Positions 9,598-16,626 of a DNA stretch of 36,313 bases are shown piece after piece (position 1 is the stretch's first letter; each line of letters starts with the position of its first letter). This stretch comes from Candidatus Krumholzibacteriota bacterium (GTDB lineage Bacteria; Krumholzibacteriota; Krumholzibacteriia; LZORAL124-64-63). The stretch is taken from the NCBI GenBank assembly GCA_039714075.1, contig JBDLKA010000028.1:1-36313 (forward strand), given 5' to 3'. The position numbers were made by a program, and so were the translations under genes. The notes below the pieces were generated by a model. That model saw only the letters and a list, made by a program, of their open reading frames with translations. It searched no databases and was not told where the DNA came from.

Positions 9598-9975
9598 ATG
9601 GACAACATCCTGCACAAGACCATCACCGCCTTCAACTGTCGCGATTTCAGTGAAGCGGTTCGCCAGTCCTCCGAGGGACTGTCTTTCGCCCGGGGACGGG
9701 ACGAGGCCTTCTGGATGGGCCTTCTGGACGCCTGCGAAGGGTACGAACATCTGGCCGGCAACCGCATGATGAAGGCCGAAGCCAAGCTGGTCGCCTCGAT
9801 GCAGAAGCTCCGTAATTTCGGTTTCCGTTACAACGATTTCGAAGTCACCACGGCCCTGGCGGGCATTCGTCTGGCGGTGGAAGAGATACGTGCGGTCAGG
9901 CAGGAACCCAAGAAGATCTTCGACGTCAGCCTGCTGCCCCAGCTGCGCCTGGCGGCCAAGGCGGACATCCACTAG
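9598..9975 (+). CDS. Hypothetical helical protein, DUF309-like
   Basis: RBS AAGGAG. FN..DF.EA...F..GL......H...N...A pattern resembles DUF309 but lacks the usual HE..E motif. Confidence 0.6.
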   Translation: MDNILHKTITAFNCRDFSEAVRQSSEGLSFARGRDEAFWMGLLDACEGYEHLAGNRMMKAEAKLVASMQKLRNFGFRYNDFEVTTALAGIRLAVEEIRAVRQEPKKIFDVSLLPQLRLAAKADIH

Positions 9976-9982
9976 CCGGCTG

Positions 9983-11230
9983 TCATCGATCGGCGGGCGC
10001 CCCCGGGTCGTCGGGTCCGAGGGCGCAGCCGAGGATGGCCAGGTAGATCAGCATGGATTCCGCGTCGCCGAAATACCACTCGGTAAATCCCGCAATATAG
10101 AAACTGACCCAGGCCCCGATGGCGCCCAGCACCCAGCCGGACTGCGCGGCGAACAGGGCCGGGTCCCGCTTTCGGCGTCGCAAACCCCGCCACTTTTTGA
10201 CCAGGAACCACAACCCCGCAAAAACGAATGCCTGCCCGAGGATCAGTCCGGGAATCCCCCAGATCACGGCCATCTGGACGATGTTGTTGTGCAGGTGGCC
10301 GAAGTAGAGCCCATCTTCACTGGTGTAGTAGTCGGGGGAAATTTCCTTGAGGCCGCGGTCGCCTACACCGGTTACCGGATGCGCCTTGACCATTTCCAGG
10401 CCGCCGCGCCACATCTCCAGACGTAGGCTGGTGTTGTCCCCCGACATCACGTACTGCGGATTGATACGGCTCCACATGCGCTCGGACATCAGATTTTCCC
10501 CGAACAACGCCAGGACCACTGTGGCCAGCAGCAGCAGTCCCAGGAATGCGCCGAAAACTTTGGGCCTGGCCAGCAGGAGCATGAGGGCCAGGCCGGCCAA
10601 TAGACCCAGCTGGGCGCTGCGGGTCATGGTCATGACCAGGCCCAGGACCACGGGCAGTAGCGCGACGGAGATCATGACTTTCACTCGGCGACGGATGCCC
10701 GGCACGATCAGGAACCCGACCGCGACAAGGATGGCCATCATCAGCAGGGCGCCGCTGGTCATGGCGTTGAACAAAACCGTCATGCGCCGGCTCAGGAATC
10801 CTCCGGCCAACTGGGCGTGATGGATCTGTCCGTAGATGCTGGTAGCCAGCGCGCCGGCCAGCATGGAACCAAACATGAGCAGGCGCCGCTTTTCGGTCGT
10901 GGCCGCCGAAGCGGTCACCCAGATGGCGGCGAACAGGTAGAAGCGGCGGTAGTAGAGCAGCGACTGGGAGCTGTTGGTCGAAAACGGGATCATCACCAGG
11001 GCCCACACCGCCAGCAGGGCGGCGGTCTTTTCCAGGCCCGTGACCGGCGGGGCCTCCTTGAACCCCACCCAGCGGTACAGCAAGACCGCCAGGGCCAGTC
11101 CCAGGGCGATCTGGCTGACCGCGATGGACAGATAGCCCGCGGCCAGCATGATCAGCAGGAACATCAGCTGCCAGTTGGCGGCGGATTTGAAAACCGGGGC
11201 CGGGCCCGCGGCGGTGGTGTGGGTGTTCAA
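9983..11230 (-). CDS. O-antigen ligase (Wzy_C) family membrane protein
   Basis: Many TM segments; TMTRSA..G; R..MW..G..M...HP.TGVG; HLHN. TTG start after CAGGGG. Confidence 0.88.
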   Translation of the reverse strand: MNTHTTAAGPAPVFKSAANWQLMFLLIMLAAGYLSIAVSQIALGLALAVLLYRWVGFKEAPPVTGLEKTAALLAVWALVMIPFSTNSSQSLLYYRRFYLFAAIWVTASAATTEKRRLLMFGSMLAGALATSIYGQIHHAQLAGGFLSRRMTVLFNAMTSGALLMMAILVAVGFLIVPGIRRRVKVMISVALLPVVLGLVMTMTRSAQLGLLAGLALMLLLARPKVFGAFLGLLLLATVVLALFGENLMSERMWSRINPQYVMSGDNTSLRLEMWRGGLEMVKAHPVTGVGDRGLKEISPDYYTSEDGLYFGHLHNNIVQMAVIWGIPGLILGQAFVFAGLWFLVKKWRGLRRRKRDPALFAAQSGWVLGAIGAWVSFYIAGFTEWYFGDAESMLIYLAILGCALGPDDPGAPADR

Positions 11231-11399
11231 GCAGTATCCCCTGTTGAAAAAATTCCGTCATCCGGGTTCGGGAAAGTTATAGGAAGTCCCCATGACAAAC
11301 CAAGGATTATTAGGCTATGTTCCCGGCGTGCTTCAAGTCCGCAGGAGTTGATTGCCGTTGAAGGCATCGCGACTGAAACTGGGAAGGGACTGACCGGGA

Positions 11400-13115
11400 A
11401 TGAGCCCCAAGCCGTTCCGCCGCCGGGTATTTCGTCTGACCGCGCTGCTGTTGGTAGTGATCGCTGTGGCCACGGTATTCCTCTGGGATGTCCGCAAGCG
11501 GGTGTCTTTCCAGGAAGAAATGATGGTGGCCCACGGCCGGGCCATCGCAGATATCGTGGCCGAAAGCAGCATCCACAACCTTGGTGCCTTCAACCAGTGG
11601 GAACGCGAGGTCAACCAAAGGCTGATCAACAACGCCCTGTGGTTGGCCCGGCTCGACGAGGCGGGTGCCCTGAACACGGAGGTGTTGCGTGATTTCGCGG
11701 GCACCATGGGGCTTTTCAGGATTCTCGTGTTCGACGCCGCCGGCCGCCTCGAGACCGCCAACCCCATTCCGCCCGGCAGGGGTGCGGGGTATGGCAACCT
11801 GCCCCGGGATTTTCTCGATCCCCTGCTGAAGGGTGAAAAAAGCCACCTGACCCTGGGCTATCGAACCGTTCCGAGAAAGGGCGAGCAACGGTTTACCGCA
11901 GGTGCGGCCCGGAAAGGCGGCGGGGCCGTCGTGGTGAACGTGCAGGCCGATGAACTTCTGGCCTCCCGCGGCGAAATGGGCCCGGGGCACCTGATCAAGA
12001 GCCTGGGCACCGGGCGCGGCGTCCACTACGTGGTCATCCAGGACGAGACGGGGATCCAGGCCGCTTCCACCGACCAGCTCGCCTTTCCCTTTCCCGCGGA
12101 CGATCCCCATCTGCAACCCCTGCAGGAGGGCGCCGAGTGGGTCGTCCGCGAGTTCGACTCCACCCTGGGCGGGGTTTTCGAGATTGCCCGGATCGTCAAT
12201 CTGCCCTCGGGTCCGGTCCTGCTGCGGGTGGGCATGGATTCGGCCCTGCTGGTCAAGATGCGCGCGGATATCCGGACCCACGCGATTCTCCGAATTGTGG
12301 TGCTGCTGGTCAGTGTCTTTTTGATCACCGCTCTTTTCCTGGCCTGGCAAAGGCAGAACGTCCTGGACAGGGAGGTGGCCAAGGTCAGCGCCCAGCTGCG
12401 GCAGCGGGAAGCCGAAGCCCGCCGGACGGAGAAACTGGTGGCCATGGGCTCGCTGGCCGCGGGGGTTGCACACCAGATCCGGAATCCCCTCAACAGCATC
12501 CACATGATTTCCCAGGTCCTCGAAAAAACACCCGGCCTGCCGGACGGGGTTCAGGACCAGGCACGGCATGTACTGACCGAAAGCGGGCGCATCGAGGGAA
12601 TCATCCAGCAGTTCCTGCAGTTCGCCAAACCGCGGCAGCCGGATTTCGAAATGGTCGATCTGGCCGGCCTGGTGCGCGACGTGGTCGGAATCCAGGCGGC
12701 GGCCCATGAAGGCACCGGGATCAATTTTTCCGCGTACGCGCCGGGCCTGGATGCCGAGGTGGACCGGAAATTCGTGGTCGAGATCCTGGAAAACCTGCTG
12801 AAGAATGCCGTCCAGGCCCTGGCCGGCAAGGGCAAGGTCCTGGTTTCCCTGATCGCCCGCGGCGAGGTGGCCGAGATCGTGGTGGCCGACGACGGACCCG
12901 GCGTGGCGCCCGGCGACCGGGACAGGATTTTCGACCTGTATTACACGACACGTCCGGAGGGCAACGGGTTGGGGTTGAGCCTGGTGGCCCAGATGGCCGC
13001 GGCCATGGGCGGAGCCCTGTCGCTGGACTCCGAACCCGGATTGGATCACAAGGGGGCGCGCTTCGTGGTCATCCTTCCCCTTCATCGAACTTCCGCCGAA
13101 AGGACCTCCCGATGA
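11400..13115 (+). CDS. Membrane-bound sensor histidine kinase (NtrB/ZraS-like) with large periplasmic domain
   Basis: Two TM segments; H-box LAAGVAHQIRNPL; N-box NLLKNAVQA; G1 DDGPG; G2 GNGLGL. Confidence 0.93.
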   Translation: MSPKPFRRRVFRLTALLLVVIAVATVFLWDVRKRVSFQEEMMVAHGRAIADIVAESSIHNLGAFNQWEREVNQRLINNALWLARLDEAGALNTEVLRDFAGTMGLFRILVFDAAGRLETANPIPPGRGAGYGNLPRDFLDPLLKGEKSHLTLGYRTVPRKGEQRFTAGAARKGGGAVVVNVQADELLASRGEMGPGHLIKSLGTGRGVHYVVIQDETGIQAASTDQLAFPFPADDPHLQPLQEGAEWVVREFDSTLGGVFEIARIVNLPSGPVLLRVGMDSALLVKMRADIRTHAILRIVVLLVSVFLITALFLAWQRQNVLDREVAKVSAQLRQREAEARRTEKLVAMGSLAAGVAHQIRNPLNSIHMISQVLEKTPGLPDGVQDQARHVLTESGRIEGIIQQFLQFAKPRQPDFEMVDLAGLVRDVVGIQAAAHEGTGINFSAYAPGLDAEVDRKFVVEILENLLKNAVQALAGKGKVLVSLIARGEVAEIVVADDGPGVAPGDRDRIFDLYYTTRPEGNGLGLSLVAQMAAAMGGALSLDSEPGLDHKGARFVVILPLHRTSAERTSR

Positions 13116-14503
13116 TTCCTGGCCTGATCCTGGTCGTCGACGACCAGAAAAGACAACGGGAAACGCTGGTCCAGGTGCTGGAACAGTGGGGTCACGAAGT
13201 GCGCCAGGCCGAAGACGCGCCCGAAGCCCTGGCCATGGTCCAGGGGGAACCGGTGGATCTCATCCTGACGGATCTGCGCATGCCCGGCCTGTCGGGTGTG
13301 GAGCTTCTGGAAAAATGCCGCGAGCTGCGGCCGGACATCGCGGTGATCGTCATGACGGCCTATGGAACCATCGAAGGCGCCGTGGAGGCCATGCGCAAGG
13401 GCGCCCTGGATTTCCTGACCAAACCCATCGACCTGGACCAGCTGGAGGTGGTGGTCCAGCGCACCCTGGGCATGGGCCGCCTGCTGAAGGAAAACCGCGC
13501 CCTGCGCCGCCGGCTGGAAGAGACCACCGCGGGTTTCCGCCTGTTGGGGGGCTCCGGCGCCATGCGTGACCTGTTGCAAAGAGCGGCCCGGGCGGCCGAG
13601 ACCGACGCCACGGTCCTGATCCGCGGGGAAAGCGGCACGGGCAAGGAGTTGCTGGCCCGTTCCCTCCACGATTTGAGCACCCGCTCCGAGGGACCCTTCG
13701 TGGCCGTCAACTGCGCGGCCCTGCCCGAGACCCTGCTCGAAAGCGAGCTGTTCGGCCACGTCAAGGGGGCCTTCACCGGTGCCGACCGGGACCGGCCCGG
13801 TCGCGTCCTGCAGGCGGCCGGCGGCACCCTTTTCCTGGATGAAATCGGTGATGTGTCTCCTGCTGTCCAGGTGAAACTGCTGCGTTTTCTCCAGGAAAGG
13901 GAGTACACCCCGGTCGGTGGGGACCGCACCCAGCGCGCCGATGTGCGGGTCGTGGTGGCGACCCACCGGAACCTCGAGGCGCTGGTTGCGAAGGAGGATT
14001 TCCGCAAAGACCTGTTCTACCGGCTGAACGTCGTCAACCTGGTCCTGCCGCCCTTGCGCGACCGGCGGGACGACATTCCCGAGCTCGCGGCCCATTTTCT
14101 GGAACGGTACGCGAATCGATACCGGCGTCCGGCGCGCACCTTCAGCGCCGAGGCCATGGCCCGCATCATGACCCACGACTTCCAGGGTAACGTCAGGGAG
14201 CTGGAAAACATCGTCGAACAGACGGTGGTCATGACCCGGGGCGAAGTCATCCACTCCGCGGACCTGCCGGCGGTCCTGGCCGCGGATCGGGCGGCCGGCC
14301 GGAAGGACCTGCCCACCTTCGACATGGTCCAGGGTGATCTGCCTTTGTGGCTGGAGGCCCTGGAAAAGAAGATCGTCATGGAAACCCTGGCGGCCTTTTC
14401 CGGCAACAAGAGTAGTGCCGCCCGCCACCTGGGATTGACCGAAAGCGGTTTGCGCTACAAGCTGGGCAAGTGGAAGGAAGAGGATCCGGACTCCTCCGGG
14501 TGA
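13112..14503 (+). CDS. Sigma-54-dependent response regulator (NtrC/ZraR family: REC-AAA+-HTH)
   Basis: VVDD and DLRMPG receiver; GESGTGKE; ESELFGH.KGAFTGA; LFLDEIG; DLFYRLNV; Fis-type HTH. ATGA overlap with the kinase gene. Confidence 0.96.
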   Translation: MIPGLILVVDDQKRQRETLVQVLEQWGHEVRQAEDAPEALAMVQGEPVDLILTDLRMPGLSGVELLEKCRELRPDIAVIVMTAYGTIEGAVEAMRKGALDFLTKPIDLDQLEVVVQRTLGMGRLLKENRALRRRLEETTAGFRLLGGSGAMRDLLQRAARAAETDATVLIRGESGTGKELLARSLHDLSTRSEGPFVAVNCAALPETLLESELFGHVKGAFTGADRDRPGRVLQAAGGTLFLDEIGDVSPAVQVKLLRFLQEREYTPVGGDRTQRADVRVVVATHRNLEALVAKEDFRKDLFYRLNVVNLVLPPLRDRRDDIPELAAHFLERYANRYRRPARTFSAEAMARIMTHDFQGNVRELENIVEQTVVMTRGEVIHSADLPAVLAADRAAGRKDLPTFDMVQGDLPLWLEALEKKIVMETLAAFSGNKSSAARHLGLTESGLRYKLGKWKEEDPDSSG

Positions 14504-14515
14504 TTCCCTTTTTCT

Positions 14516-14564
14516 TCGCAGAAATCTGCGGTACGCGGCCTCCCCAAGTCGCAGAAATCTGCGA
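14516..14564. promoter_or_regulatory. Two tandem palindromic upstream activator sites, TCGCAGA-AA-TCTGCG(A)
   Basis: Identical 15-mers at 14516-14530 and 14549-14563, 33 bp apart, about 100-145 bp upstream of a sigma-54 -24 element. Confidence 0.8.
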
Positions 14565-14607
14565 ATCGTACTCCCCGGTACACATCCTCCCTGCGTTTTG
14601 TTTCCTG

Positions 14608-14620
14608 TAACTAATTGTCA
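14608..14620. promoter_or_regulatory. IHF-like site in an AT-rich tract
   Basis: TAACTAATTGTCA versus consensus YAANNNNTTGATW (2 mismatches), located between the enhancers and the promoter. Confidence 0.45.
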
Positions 14621-14659
14621 TTAAAAGTTTTAAAAAACCTTCCCCCGGCAGGGCCATGG

Positions 14660-14675
14660 CGGTACGTCGGTTGCA
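14660..14675 (+). promoter_or_regulatory. Sigma-54 (-24/-12) promoter
   Basis: cGGTACGtcggTTGCa matches TGGCACG-N4-TTGC with exact GG-N10-GC spacing. Confidence 0.82.
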
Positions 14676-14738
14676 TTGGGAGAGGTGAACGAGGATTTGA
14701 TGGGGAGATGCAACTTTGGAATTTCGAGGAGAATCACT

Positions 14739-15209
14739 ATGAAAACCCCCATGCCCCTACTGTTGGCGATCCTGTTGACCGCCCTGCTTGCCGTCGGCGC
14801 AAATGCCCAGGATTTCGGTCCCGGAAACGGTGACGGCAACGGCGTGTGCCGCTTCATCGACGAGGACGGCGACGGCTTCAACGACCTGGCCCCCGATGCC
14901 GACGGGGACGGCATTCCCAACGGCCTGGACCCGGACTATGTCAAGCCCGAGGACGGCACCGGCCTGATGAACCGCTGGGCCCGCAAGTACGGTGAGCTTT
15001 TCCGCAAGTATTTCGGCGAGGACGCGGTTGGGGCCATGAACGGCATGGGCGGCAACCATTATGGTCCGGGCGACGGCACCGGTACGGGCACTGGCCCTGG
15101 TGACGGCACAGGCTTCGGCCCCGGCACCGGTACGGGAGACTGCCCCGGAGAAGGCGATGGCTCCGGTTCGCCCACGCAGACCCAGGAACGGCGCGGTGGC
15201 CGCAGGTAG
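14739..15209 (+). CDS. Small exported Gly/Asp-rich protein with DxDGDG Ca-binding-like motifs and GPGDGTG repeats
   Basis: RBS GAGGAG; Sec signal ending ANA|Q; DEDGDGFND and DADGDGIPNGLDPD; repeated GPG(D/T)GTG; two Cys. Confidence 0.85.
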   Translation: MKTPMPLLLAILLTALLAVGANAQDFGPGNGDGNGVCRFIDEDGDGFNDLAPDADGDGIPNGLDPDYVKPEDGTGLMNRWARKYGELFRKYFGEDAVGAMNGMGGNHYGPGDGTGTGTGPGDGTGFGPGTGTGDCPGEGDGSGSPTQTQERRGGRR

Positions 15210-15236
15210 CAGTGCCCCTTGGTAACAGTGCTCCTT

Positions 15237-15263
15237 GGAGCGGGGTGTCGCCCACCCCGCTCC
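15237..15263 (+). other. Intercistronic GC-rich hairpin without U-tract
   Basis: GGAGCGGGGTG-tcgcc-CACCCCGCTCC (11-bp stem). Confidence 0.7.
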
Positions 15264-15315
15264 CTTCGAAAAGTTCGCACTGAAGGATTGGAAATCGAAG
15301 GATGTCCGGATCACG

Positions 15316-16416
15316 ATGAAACGAAACCTGATCATGATCTCCCTCGCCTTGATCCTGGCCGCGGCCGGGTTCCAGGCGTCGGCGGCGGATGTCAGGGGCA
15401 GTTTGACCATCGGAACGGGGTATCTGGAAAACCCGCTGGGCGTCAACAACGAAACAGCGGCGGGTTATTTGACCCAATCCCTCCAACTGGCCTCTTCCTT
15501 CACCATGGGAGAAGGATCGGGCCGGGTCCTCAAGCTCGGTTACGAGGGCAATGCCAGCCAATTCGGCAACGAGACCCGGTTGGGAAACATGCGCCACGGC
15601 CTGGGCGCCGAATGGTTCCACAATTCCGCCGACGGCCGCAGGGGCTTCGGGGCGGGGGCCCAGGTTTCCCTGAGGGGTTACGAGGACTACTACGAGATCT
15701 ATGACTACTCGGAGCTGTACACCTACCTGTCCTTCAAGCGTTACCTGGGGGAAAGGCACCTGGTGAAGGGATTCGCGGCCCTGAGGGTCCGGAAATACGG
15801 GGAGCTGCCCGAAGAGAGTTTTCTGGAGCCGCACGGGCGGCTGGAGATGCAGAAGTTTTTTGATTCACGCGTCACGGTGGGCTTTTCGGCCCGTTACGGC
15901 GCCAAGTTCTACAACGACTCGGCCGCGCCGTCAGTTTGGGAGACCCTTAATCTCCCCTCCACATCCCAGGTGGCGGCGCGGCTGAACATTGCCAAGGGGG
16001 TGTCCGACAGACTTGCCGTGCGGGGTTGGGTGGACTCACGCTGGAACCTGTCGGACTTTCCCCGTTATGTCGCGGACGATGTTTTTGACAGTCCCCTCCT
16101 GGACGGTTATGCCCACGAGGGGATCGACGGCTTTGCCGCCGTGAAATACCTCGGCCCGGCCCAGGTCTGGCTCGAAGCGGGAGCCTCGGCGGGGGACCAT
16201 GATTACGGATCGCTGCTGTTTGCCGGAGCGCCGGGGGGACAGACCCGGGACGACCGGGTTTTCGAATATTTCGCCACGGCCGAAAAGGCCCTGTCGGGCA
16301 AGGCGGATCCGCCCAAGCTCCGGTTGGCCGGCGGGTGGCGCGACCAGGACTCCTCTATCGAGGGCTACACCTACTCCGGAATGTTTTTTTCGTCCTCTCT
16401 CACCTGGCGTTTTTGA
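15316..16416 (+). CDS. Putative outer-membrane beta-barrel protein
   Basis: Signal peptide ending ASA|A; alternating amphipathic strands rich in Y/F/G; C-terminal ...SSLTWRF beta-signal. Confidence 0.78.
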   Translation: MKRNLIMISLALILAAAGFQASAADVRGSLTIGTGYLENPLGVNNETAAGYLTQSLQLASSFTMGEGSGRVLKLGYEGNASQFGNETRLGNMRHGLGAEWFHNSADGRRGFGAGAQVSLRGYEDYYEIYDYSELYTYLSFKRYLGERHLVKGFAALRVRKYGELPEESFLEPHGRLEMQKFFDSRVTVGFSARYGAKFYNDSAAPSVWETLNLPSTSQVAARLNIAKGVSDRLAVRGWVDSRWNLSDFPRYVADDVFDSPLLDGYAHEGIDGFAAVKYLGPAQVWLEAGASAGDHDYGSLLFAGAPGGQTRDDRVFEYFATAEKALSGKADPPKLRLAGGWRDQDSSIEGYTYSGMFFSSSLTWRF

Positions 16417-16432
16417 TTCCTGATAATTCCCA

Positions 16433-16461
16433 TTGAATCGGTATCGTAAACAAGGTAAGAT
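16433..16461 (+). promoter_or_regulatory. Sigma-70-type promoter of the S8 peptidase gene
   Basis: TTGAAT-N17-TAAGAT in an AT-rich intergenic region. Confidence 0.6.
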
Positions 16462-16626
16462 ATTATGAAACCTTTAATTACTAGCAATCAGCTAGGAATT
16501 CGGGCTGGGAACCAGTCAATAATTTCCATGAAAGGAGGCTGAGGGAGCTATCGGATGTCTGGGGTCTAGGGAAGAGGAGGGGAGAGCCTCGCACCAACCT
16601 CGCACCAATAGCCGAATGGAGACTTG

